Program-made: the position numbers and the translations under genes
Part shown: positions 24,985 through 35,931 of the stretch, piece by piece
Position numbering within the stretch: the first letter of the stretch is position 1
Layout of the letters: every line of letters starts with the position of its first letter
Notes under the pieces: model-generated
Told to the model about the DNA's origin: nothing
What the model saw: the letters and a program-made list of their open reading frames with translations, nothing else
The model's database searches: none
Origin: Isurus oxyrinchus
Lineage: Eukaryota
Reading direction: 5' to 3'
Length of the DNA stretch: 64,000 bases
Assembly (NCBI GenBank): GCA_026770705.1
Contig: JANJGN010000026.1
Coordinates: 35,650,001 to 35,714,000 of the forward strand

Positions 24985-25467
24985 TCGTACCGTCATCCCG
25001 TTATATTCTGATTGGTGTTCGGTAGGTACGGCCATGCCTGGTATCTGTTTACACTTATGTGGTGTTATTAGACATTCTAACACAGTTAAAGTTATCGTTA
25101 GCCCTCGGTTCATTTTTATTTCAGAGGAGATTCGGGCAGATGCGGGATCACAAGCTCAGACTGCACTCTACGTGTCTGAAGGAGATGGTGTGATTATAGA
25201 CTGTAGATTATAGACACAACAAACCTCGGTGACCCCAATCTGTGTTAATACAGACAGCATACAACGGCTCCCAGTTTTATTTTGCATCGGGAAAACGACA
25301 GAAAAATGGACGCCGATATTGTCAACGGAAGATCGAAGCCAAGCAGACTAATTCAGAAAAGAAGTTTTCTTCATCGACCGCTCGAACGGAAATAGAGGGC
25401 ACAGCTCTATCTTTCTGCTGGTTGCGGTCAGAATTATTTCAAACTCATCTGCCGCTGTACAAAAACC
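24985..25467 (+). pseudogene. TCR V pseudogene, inverted paralog of the 12.3 kb V
   Basis: Leader remnant ending TTCG|GTAGG (25021); exon from 25125 with SQAQTAL.VSEGD..IDC, stops and frameshifts. Nonamer ACAAAAACC at 25459-25467; heptamer decayed. Confidence 0.85.
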
Positions 25468-25944
25468 ACACTGATATAGAACTGGCACAGGCGTTCTCTC
25501 CAGGTCAAAGGAACATGCCCTGCTTTGTCAGTGCTATCCGCTGCTCAGTGGGTCTGACTGCTGCATCTGAATTATAAGGGTATGAATTCATTTTTCACTC
25601 CAGAGAGTTCAGTCCATCATCCAGGCTGATTCTCGGGTTAAACCGACGGTCCCACGACTTTCTTAGATAAAAAAATCCCAGACCTCTATTTTGGAAAATG
25701 ATGGCAGATTTCTCCCAAGTTTCCTGGACCTATTCTAATGCTTCAACCGACATCACTAAAACAGCTTATCAGGTTGTTTTTTTTGTGGGAGCTTATGGTG
25801 TATATATTAGCTATCGCGTTTCTATATTTCAACAACGACTGCCCTGCGAATTAATCCATTAACTCTTTAAGGTGTGTCGGGCAGACTGGATTTTCTCGCT
25901 GCCATTGTTGGTATATGTAACATATTGAACATTGTAATAGGGAG

Positions 25945-26280
25945 CAACTGTTCCCCTTAGTTGAAGGGTCAGTCACGAGGGGACATAAGTTCAAGGTGAG
26001 GGGCAGGAGGTTTAGGGAGGATGTGAGGAAAAACTCTTTTACTCACAGGGTGGTGACGGTCTGGAATGCGTTGCCTGGGAAGGTGATGGAGGCGGGTTGT
26101 CTCACATCTTCTAAAAAGTACCTGGGTGAGCACTTGGCACGTCATAACATTCAAGCTTTTGGGCCACGTGCTGGTAAATGGGATTAGGTAGATAGGTCAG
26201 GTGTTTCTCACCTGTCGGTGCAGACTCGATGGGCCGAAGGGCCTCTTCTGTACCCTGTGATTCTGTGATTCTGTGATTCT
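25945..26280 (+). mobile_element. CR1 LINE 3' end
   Basis: RGRRFREDVRKNSFTHRVVTVWNALP and an (CTGTGATT)n tail. Confidence 0.85.
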
Positions 26281-26729
26281 CTGAGTCTGTGTGTGAATTC
26301 CAGAAACTATCTCAACTTCTAGAATCACTTTGATGATGTTAATTATTTGACTGGATCTCATGCCTGGACAATGGCGTGCTGCGCCTGCAAAGCAGCTGAT
26401 AGGATTTGCAACAATCCGCAAAAAGCATTTGAGCAGAGACCCGAAACAACTATTTTTCCCTGAGCGAGCAACGGAAGAGTGAGCACAGAGCAGCTTGCCC
26501 CTAAGTCAAACGAGGTTCATTAACTTACACTCGACTTTCTCCTCCATGTTTTGTTTACACATATCCTCCAAATCATGATGTTTGACGACCCAGTGTTCTC
26601 TGGGAAAATAAAACGGAAAACTCAGAATGGCAGCTATTTTCAGTAAAACGTAAAACAAAACAATCCACCATGTTAGTCGGAATGCTATTTTCTTGCTCTA
26701 TGTGACCCAAAACAACGGTTTACTTCCAA

Positions 26730-27870
26730 TGCTTGTTAAGTCAAAGGGGGATATGATCGTGTTAGCTTCAGTTATCAGGCTGGCTGGCGGACAGCAGAAA
26801 GTGTGCATAAGTGGCTCTTTTTCGGATTGCCAGGATGTGACGAGAAGAGTCCCACAGCGTTCTGTATGGGGCCTTATTTTTATACGATTTACATCAATGT
26901 CTTAGACGATGTGCTTGAAGACATGCTAGCTAAATTTGCAGGTGACACAAAGATAGGTAGGAAAGTATGTTGCGATGTGGACATGAGGAGGTTGCAGATG
27001 GATATAGATAGATTGAGTGAGTGGGAAAAGACCTGGCAAATTGAATTTAATGTGAGAAAACGTGAAGTTGTTTGCTTTGGCAGGGAGAACAAAAAAAACA
27101 GAGTATTACTTAAATGGAGAATGACTGCATAATCCTGATGGGTGGAGGGATCTAGGTGTTCGAGTACACGAGTCACAAAAAGTTAATTTGCAGGTAGAGC
27201 AAGTACTAAAGAAGGCTAATGGAATGTTATTCTTTATTACGAGAGGGATTCAACATAAAAGTAAGGAAGTTATGTTTCAGTTATACAGGGCATTGGTGAG
27301 GCCGCACCTCGAATACTGTGTGCTGTTTTAGTCTCCTTATTTAAGGGAGGATGTAAATGCATGAGAGGCGGTTGAAAGGAGATTTTCTAGATTGATACCT
27401 GGAATGAGTGGGTTGGCTTATGAGGAAAGGTTGGACAAACTGGACTTATTGCCACAGGAGTTTAGAAGAGTGAGGGGTGACTTGATTAAAGTATTCAAGA
27501 TCCTGAACAGCCTTGACAATGTAGACATCGAAAAAACGTTTCCTCTTGTGGATGAGTCCAGAACTAGCGGGCACTACTTCAAAATTAGCGTTCGCCCTTT
27601 TAGGACAGAGATGAGGAGAATTTTCTTCTCTCAGAGGGTTGTACGACCTTGGAACTCTGCATTGGAAGGCAGTGGAGGCGGGGTAGCCGAATATTTTTTA
27701 AGCAGAGGCAGATAGATTTTTGTCAGGCAAGGGGATCAACGGTTACGGGGGTAAGATGGGAATGTGGAAATCAAAACACAAGAAGATCAGCCATGATCTT
27801 ATTGAATATCGGAGCAGGTTCGAGGGGCCGAATGGTCTACTGCTGTTCCTGTTTCTTATTTAATTAATTC
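26730..27870 (+). mobile_element. CR1 LINE fragment
   Basis: YINVLD..KFAGDTKIG (RT), YEERLDKL..RRVRGDLI, and a CR1-type 3' end. Confidence 0.9.
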
Positions 27871-28245
27871 TTATTTCTTATTTAATCAATTCTTATTCCT
27901 TTGAAATCCTATTTTGTGATGGCTGTGTGTGAGAGTGGGAGAAGAGGTGTTGTTAAACGTTAACAGTGATTTCGACCATTTCAGCTGTATATCTCTTAAA
28001 ATATTTAGGGAACGTTAAAGCATTTAAAAACGTAAAAAATACACGAACTAACCTGACACAGAAAAGCACGATATAATGGGACACGTTGCAACGATTGGAA
28101 GAACCCGTGAGTCAATCTGTTTGTTCACTGATCTGTGACTGAGGTGTAGATTGTTCTTAACTGTCCCTCTGGAGACTCTCATTTAGAATAAAGGAGGGAT
28201 GATTTTTTGCACAGCTGCGGTAATTCCTTGAGTTTCTGAGAGACG

Positions 28246-30124
28246 ATGCACGGCCCAGCGAAAGGCCTCTTCTTCGCTATTTTCTATCCGATTCTCGCTC
28301 TTATTGGTGCTCCTGGTAAGCGATGGATCCCGAAAAAATGTTTGTCTCGATGTAAATCTCCGGAAGTTTGGTCTCTTAACTTTCAGGGTCTGAATGATAG
28401 GATCTGAAACCGAGCTCCAACGTATATAGGTGCTCTGGATGATATTATACAGTGTTATAGTTGATTATGCTGCGCTATTTGTGCTAGCATTGTGGGGCAT
28501 TACAAAATATTATTCAATTTATTATGCAGCACATTTAGAGAAATGCCTTTTATTAGAATGCTGAGATATGAGTTGCAGAGCTTGGCTTTGCCTGGACATT
28601 AACCTGTTATATAGTTGAACATTGGGTTATATTCCAATCCAGTCAAATGCAATCCAGCGTTTTGAGTGTTGTGCGGGATCATCGAGTATCTGAATGTACT
28701 GACCTGCATTCCTGCATTCTCTGATTTTATCAATATATCAGAAAGTGAATAATTACAGTGTTATCATATATATTAGATAAATTGTATTATAAAATACTTT
28801 TAATGATAACACAAATATACAATGCGATCTCTAGAATAATGTAATAGTTACGGAATAATGAGTTCCCACTGGACCGTTCTTATTAGGAATTAAGGTCTTA
28901 GGAATTAATTATGGAAATGTTTGAAAAAGGTGAGTGGAGATTCAAGATTTTTAATTTGTTATGGATATTTTAGGCCTTGTGAATTTTGGTTAATTATATT
29001 TTTAATCATTAGCGGGATGCAGGTGTCCATGACAAGGTCAACATTTTTTGCTCATTCAGATAAAAGCAAAACACTGTGGATGGTGGAAATCTGAAATTAA
29101 ATCAGGAGACTCTGGAAAACTCAGCAGGTCTAGCAGCATCTGTAGAGAGATCAATAGAATCAAGGTTTCCAGTCCGTTTGACCCCTCTTTTTTATCACTC
29201 ACAGCGAACTTTTTGGGGATTGTAATCCTATCCCGAGGGCAATGCGGACTGTCCTGTTGCATCACCTACTACTTGGTGGCGATAGCAGTGAGCGATTTCC
29301 TGGTCATCATCACCGCCGTCATCCTCAATCGGATCGGCCGGATCTACTTTCAGGACAGTGTCCTGTCCACCACTCCCGCATGCGCACTTAGTGCCATGCT
29401 GGTCTTTGCCACCCGGGATGGCTCAGTCTGGCTGACAGTCGCCTTCACCATCGACCGTTTCGTGGCCATCTGCTGTCAGAGTCTGAAGACCAGATACTGC
29501 ACTGAGAAAACTGCGTTGCTGGTTATAGGGTTGGTCAGTGCCCTAAGCTGCTTGAGGAACATCCCTCATTACTTCACCTACCAGCCTTTGTACATCCAGG
29601 ATGGGGTGCCCTGGTTCTGTGCAGTTAAGCCTACCTATTACACTTTGCCCGCCTGGCAGGTCTACGACTGGCTGGACCACATCTTAACTCCTTTCCTCCC
29701 GTTCGTCCTCATTCTGCTGCTCAATGCCCTGACCATAAGGCACATCTTAGCGGCCAGCAGAGCCCGCAGGAGGCTCCGGGGCGCCGAAGGTGACGGAGAC
29801 CAGGAGATGGCTAACCGCAAGCGGTCCATTGTCCTGCTTTTCGCCATCTCCCTCAGCTTCCTCCTCCTGTGGGTCACCTTTGTTGGACATTTCCTCTACA
29901 TCTGGATTACAGGCGAGGGCTACCTGACCAGCCTGAATTTCAATGACCCGCGATACATCCTCCAGGAGACAGCCAACATGCTCCAGTTAGTCAGTTCCTG
30001 CAACAACGTCTTCATCTATGCAGTGGCCCAGAAAAGGTTCCGGGAGGAGCTGAAGAAGCTGCTGATGTGCCCCTTCACCACCGTCACTGGTTGTTTTAAA
30101 CATGGTATAACGTTCTCTCGTTAA
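28246..30124 (+). CDS. Intact class A orphan GPCR, GPR139/GPR142-like (exon 1 28246-28315, exon 2 29205-30124; 329 aa)
   Basis: Exon 1 MHGPAKGLFFAIFYPILALIGAP-G|GTAAG splices in phase to ACAG|CG AAC. Seven hydrophobic segments, LVAIAVSD, TIDRFVAIC, RYCTEKTA, LLNALTIRHI and SSCNNVFIY; no stops. Confidence 0.9.
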
Positions 30125-30157
30125 TTCTCTTTCATCATCATGGTTCACTATGTAGCA

Positions 30158-30184
30158 GCTCTCTCTCTCTCTCTCTCTCCTTCG

Positions 30185-30212
<28 letters not shown>
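30158..30212. repeat. (CT)n microsatellite
   Basis: Direct read. Confidence 0.95.
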
Positions 30213-30215
<3 letters not shown>

Positions 30216-30611
30216 CAGAACCAGAAAGACCTGGGCTGTAGCGCTTGAGAGATGTTACCCTCATACTACAGTGCTGACAGTGTCCCTTTGGCCCTGAATG
30301 AACACTGAACTATCGCAGTTGCTGCCTGCCTGTTTGAGACACTAAACCACTGTGAGTATCTGCCCTCTCATGTGGAATGTGAATATCCCATGGTCGCAAT
30401 TTCAAAAAGGAGCAGGAAGAGCTTTCCCCAGGTTCCTACAATAATTGTCCCTCATTTAACAGCATTGAAAACAGCGATCTGATTATTTCTCCAAGTATAT
30501 TTGTGGAATCTTGCATTTGCTGACGTGTTTCCCACATGACACGGGGGGAAACACTTGATTGGCAGGAAAGCACCAGGAAATCCTGAGGTCGTTTTTTTTT
30601 CCATTTTTCTT

Positions 30612-31158
30612 NNNNNNNNNNNNNNNNNNNNNNNNNNNNNNNNNNNNNNNNNNNNNNNNNNNNNNNNNNNNNNNNNNNNNNNNNNNNNNNNNNNNNNNNN
30701 NNNNNNNNNNNNNNNNNNNNNNNNNNNNNNNNNNNNNNNNNNNNNNNNNNNNNNNNNNNNNNNNNNNNNNNNNNNNNNNNNNNNNNNNNNNNNNNNNNNN
30801 NNNNNNNNNNNNNNNNNNNNNNNNNNNNNNNNNNNNNNNNNNNNNNNNNNNNNNNNNNNNNNNNNNNNNNNNNNNNNNNNNNNNNNNNNNNNNNNNNNNN
30901 NNNNNNNNNNNNNNNNNNNNNNNNNNNNNNNNNNNNNNNNNNNNNNNNNNNNNNNNNNNNNNNNNNNNNNNNNNNNNNNNNNNNNNNNNNNNNNNNNNNN
31001 NNNNNNNNNNNNNNNNNNNNNNNNNNNNNNNNNNNNNNNNNNNNNNNNNNNNNNNNNNNNNNNNNNNNNNNNNNNNNNNNNNNNNNNNNNNNNNNNNNNN
31101 NNNNNNNNNNNNNNNNNNNNNNNNNNNNNNNNNNNNNNNNNNNNNNNNNNNNNNNNNC
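30612..31158. other. Assembly gap
   Basis: Run of N. Confidence 1.
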
Positions 31159-31779
31159 TTCACAGACACAAGTTCCACTAACGTTATTCTTAACACTTAA
31201 AACAAAGTATTTGATGGGATGGGAAGTGGGATTTTTGAGCATTGAATTGTGATCTGGCTTCTGCTTCATGAAAAGGAGCTGGACGCACATTCAATAACAA
31301 GTTTCAAAAGTTAATTTAGTAAATTCTAGGGTGACATTTGATTAAGAACAAGTAACAATAACTAACTGCCTTGCTCTTTCATAGACCGGCAACTGATCTG
31401 CTCCTTTGCTTTATGGTTGCAAACAGCAATATTCATGACCTCCGGCCATACGAACCATCTCTCTCGGTGAATAAAGTGCTTTTCAAGAAACGCCAAATCA
31501 AATTTGTGCAGCTGGAGGTCCCTAATATCATGCTTATCAATGAAAACCATCGATCAGTTCATCGTTGTTTGGGATGAGGAGCTTATCTTATGAAGAAATC
31601 TTGAATAATTTGGATCAATAGCCAGTGGAATTTAGAATAATAAAAGATGAACTTAGCGAAATATGTAGGAGCCTGAGGTGGGTAGGAGGTGGGTGGTGGG
31701 GGGGGGGGGGTGCGGGGGGCGGTGGGGGGAGAGAGAGAGAGAGGTAGGGGGGATAATACGGGTAGGCTGGTGCTGCGTC

Positions 31780-32135
31780 TTGACAAAGTAGATACCGGGA
31801 GCATGTTTCCACTTGTGGGAGTGACCAGAACTAGGGGACAGAGTTTAGGATTAAGGGACCTACCTTTAAGGGGCAGATGAGGAGATTTATTCTTCTCTCA
31901 GAGGGTTGTTTGTATGTGGAATTCTCTTTCTTAGAAAGCAGTGGAGGCTGGTCATTAAATATATTCAAGGGTGAGTTATGTTGTGCTAATACCATAAGTT
32001 AGGCAGATTTTTGATAGGCAAGGGAGTTAGGGGCCAGACGGGAATATGGAATAGGACCACAAACAGATCAGCCATGAATGTATGGAATGGTGGATCAGGT
32101 TCTGTGGGCTGAACGGCCCACTCTTGCTTAAAGTC
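31780..32135 (+). mobile_element. CR1 LINE 3' end
   Basis: DKVDTGSMFPLVGVTRTRGQSL and a CR1 3' UTR; similar ends at 56290-56580(+) and 58640-58835(-). Confidence 0.8.
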
Positions 32136-32589
32136 CCATAGTCATATATTGATTTGTTTGGCGACAGAGTGTTGATGGGTGCGGGTGGTCTGAAACACAG
32201 AATGACAATGACATGGCCCAGTATATCATAAACAGCGACATGGGACAGCCTAATCTGATAAGAGTTAAACAATTGTCAAATGTAACATGAACAGAGCCAA
32301 AATGTGCCCTCACCTAATCACAGAATAAGATCTAATCTCATAAAAAGTGATCTGGTTTAATCTAATAGGCCCAAGATCTATTAATTCAATAACAGAGATA
32401 GAAACTAAGCTAATGTAAAAGTGGACATTCTCTACTTCACTGAAAACTGATGCAGGGACTTGCATAACGTAAACAGAGACAAGCTCAATTACAATAATAA
32501 ATGAAAACAGGTCTTGTGTGACGTAAGCAATGGTATTTCCTTGCAATCTATGAAATAAGGCAGGGTCTAATGCGATATTACCAGCAACA

Positions 32590-33351
32590 TGCATTTGTAA
32601 ACATTCAGAATGACGTGTTTTGTGCTTTCTACACACTTCTACTCTACATACGAATTATGCAAACATGCATAATGCAACACATGTGTACATGGTTTACTTT
32701 TACACACGCACATACACACAAATACAGACACACACACAGACACACACACAGAATTGGTAGGCCAGAACACCAACATGAATTAGTAGACTTTTGCACACCA
32801 CATTTGTCTCTAATAGTGCAACTTACGGCGCTCACAATAAGGGACTAATCCCGCTTCCTTCTCGGAGATTGTTAAAAGATTCACCCAGCTTCTCCACCAC
32901 TTATTACATCCTGAGGATCTCAGAAAGCGGCAAGTTCATACTTGTTTTCAAATATAGTCGATATTATAGGGTAGAAATATTATTTACACAGGGAGAGGTG
33001 GGAATGTACAATTATTTGTCAGGAAGTTTTGCCAATCTGAGCCTATCGGGAATAAAGATATTGCGGAATCCAGATAGTTTCTGGAAAATTTCAATTTGTG
33101 GCCAATAGCAAAAATTCCATTCTGTCACAAAATGATCATCATATCTCAACATCTGTTTATGAATTATTTGAGGAACCAATCTGGATGAAGGAATTGCTGG
33201 TCTTTTTCGTCGGACTACCAGGTGCCATTGGACCATGAAATGCAATGATTCCCAGAGCTCATTGTCTAACCCTCCTTTGTTACGTGCTTTCTACACACTT
33301 CTACTCTACATGCATAATGCAACACATGCGTACGTTGTTTACTTTTACACA

Positions 33352-33407
<56 letters not shown>

Positions 33408-33577
33408 ACACACACACACACCACACACACACACACACAGAATTGGTAGGGAACAACGCCAGCGTGAATTAGTAGACTTTCACACCACCACATTTGTCTC
33501 TAAATAGTGCAACGTTCGGCGCTCACAATAAGGGACTAATCCCGCTTCCTTCTCGGAGATTGTTAAAAGATTCACCC
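32590..33577. repeat. ~290-bp direct duplication containing a (CA)n tract
   Basis: 32590-32885 and 33280-33577 share e.g. GGCGCTCACAATAAGGGACTAATCCCGCTTCCTTCTCGGAGATTGTTAAAAGATTCACCC. Confidence 0.9.
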
Positions 33578-34682
33578 CAACTGCAAATTATGTACGAGCT
33601 CTTGGCCTGAATATACCATTGTATGAAGTGAAGTGTCACGGAACAATGATGTTTCCTGTTATCTCCCTGGCACCTGTAAACGGGTGCTTCAGCACGTTTT
33701 GACCAAAGGTGAAATGCTGGAGCGCCAACCTGCGGAAAACAATGACTCTGAATTTCGACACGAATATTGCTGCATGAATTTGCTGAACTGTTATTACGTG
33801 AGACTGTAATGAATGTTATTACTTTGATTATACTGTTATTATAACTTCTCTACGTATTCTTTTCTATTCGCTGCCGTTGCTCGTTTACATCAGTTGTGAG
33901 ATTATTTGTCTCAGTTCTCTTATGTGCCCAATTAATTAAGACAATATATGCTCATTTGCATTCTCCTTAATGTTTCCACCATTATAAGGTTAGGTTGCAA
34001 TTTGGTTAAAAAAAATCAGCCTGACCAATTCATTAAGCATCAAAGGTGGACACAAAGTTGAATAGGTCCATCAATTACGGGAGATGGGTATTTGTTATTT
34101 CTCTGTTTGTGTGTGTATGTGTGTGTATGCGTGTGTACGTGCTGTTCACCAGCCAAGCATGTCACTCAGGGTCATCATTAGTTACTCACCGAGAAATTCT
34201 CCCTCCACACTACCCTATAAAACACTGACAGGACAGGTGCTCCACGGTTATGATACAAAATAAATCTCATTCTGCACTGCTCAAACACTCTTATCCAGAG
34301 TCAGTACCGCATGGGTTAAATACAGAATAAAATCTACCTCTGCACTGTCCTAAAAACAATTACAGGACAGATAGAACAGGGATGAGCTGCAGGGTGAATC
34401 TCCCTCTACACTCTACCATCAAAGACACCTAGTCCACTCACCACGAATGAATGTGGAGATATTCTGGTTTGATGAGCACGGATTACGCGCGAAGTTGTGA
34501 AATTAATTAACTTGTATCTTCTAAATCATCTGAAATAATATGTTATTCTATTGAATTACTGAGATGGTGTACTTTACACATCGAAATTACATTTCTAAAG
34601 GCTTGTGTGTCTCTCACACCTGAAGCCCGTGACTTGTTGTCTCCTCAGTCCCCATGCCCAGTAAGTTCTCATATATGCTCCT

Positions 34683-34950
34683 TGTTCATATATGCTCATA
34701 AATGCTCTTCGTTTCACGGTATCTCACTTCACTGTAACATAACGTAGAGTCTTGGCAGTTGAGTCGTGTTAACAGTGAAAGTGGTGGAGGCTACCTCACG
34801 GTTCACAGATACTGTGAACCTTCTGCCAATTCATCTCTGTATGTGAAGACAAGATACTCGGGAGCTTAATTGGAGAATTGCCAGCACCAGAATACGAGTT
34901 CTGGCCCGATACGTCGATACCTGAAATGTCTCCTTGTGACAAGAGCAGCT
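34683..34950 (-). pseudogene. TCR V pseudogene
   Basis: VFWCWQFSN*APEYLV..RFTVSVNREVASTTFTV..QDSTLCYS. Decayed RSS TACCGTG + 23 bp + ATATGAACA. Paralog of the 55.8 kb V. Confidence 0.7.
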
Positions 34951-35016
34951 GCCAAAACAAGAGTAACATTAAATTAATGATATATGCAAGCAGAAGTAAA
35001 TAAAGTGTTTGCAGAT

Positions 35017-35250
35017 NNNNNNNNNNNNNNNNNNNNNNNNNNNNNNNNNNNNNNNNNNNNNNNNNNNNNNNNNNNNNNNNNNNNNNNNNNNNNNNNNNNN
35101 NNNNNNNNNNNNNNNNNNNNNNNNNNNNNNNNNNNNNNNNNNNNNNNNNNNNNNNNNNNNNNNNNNNNNNNNNNNNNNNNNNNNNNNNNNNNNNNNNNNN
35201 NNNNNNNNNNNNNNNNNNNNNNNNNNNNNNNNNNNNNNNNNNNNNNNNNN
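35017..35250. other. Assembly gap
   Basis: Run of N. Confidence 1.
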
Positions 35251-35661
35251 TAACTATTCATCCTTCGATCTATTCGCCTGCCTTATTTTCTGTGTGCCTG
35301 CCTGTCTCCCTGTATATCTATCGACTTATCCAACTGTCTGTCTATATATTTATTTTGTGTGTTTCTAACTTTCTCCCGCATCTCTATCGATCTAAGTATC
35401 TGAGGGCAAGAGTTATTTTTCTGTCTGTCTTATCATTTTCTAAGTTGAACAACCACACATAGAATGTTTACTTAATATGTTTCGATAATCTGTAGCTGTA
35501 ACACCAGCTATAGGATGTTGTAACTTTAATTTTAAACATGGGAACGTAACATTCCTGAATATCACCAGCATTTCTAAAAGTCCTGGGTTCGGGAAAGGTT
35601 AACGGTGCAGCGGACACACGGCAGTGAAAAAGTCATTGGAAAGCAGAATCTGACTTTGTCT

Positions 35662-35931
35662 CACTGCGTCCCCATTGCACAGTAACAGGCTCTGACGCCC
35701 TGGGCCGCAGTGTTAACTATAGACATGGTATTGAACGTCTTAACTCGGTCAAAGGACAGTGTGTAGCGTCCTTTGGACATATTCCCCTGGTAAATCGAGG
35801 CGATAAATTTCGCAGCCTCTGTCGGTATTTGTCTGTACCAGGCAACCGAGAGCCGATAATCCAGTTCAATCCGTTCCCCTTCTCGAGATAACACCTGCTC
35901 AGGGTAGGAGCTCTGATCCTCACACTGAACA
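35662..35931 (-). pseudogene. TCR (delta-like) V pseudogene
   Basis: VQCED..EGERIEL..AWYRQIP..GRYTLSFDR..CYCAMG. Cys23/CDR1 lost; heptamer CGCAGTG (35662-35668), nonamer decayed. Confidence 0.8.

Noticed and set aside
26300-26520. Exon-like stretch after TTCCAG, and a similar one at 53900-54085 (minus)
   Set aside because: No consistent Ig motif order or paralog found by eye.
29048-29204. N-terminal extension of the 358-aa GPCR ORF
   Set aside because: Intronic read-through of a repeat fragment; the true first exon is 28246-28315 with an in-phase splice.
30436-31290. Long ORFs (208-284 aa) in the ORF track, also at 34974-35368
   Set aside because: Artefacts of N gaps.
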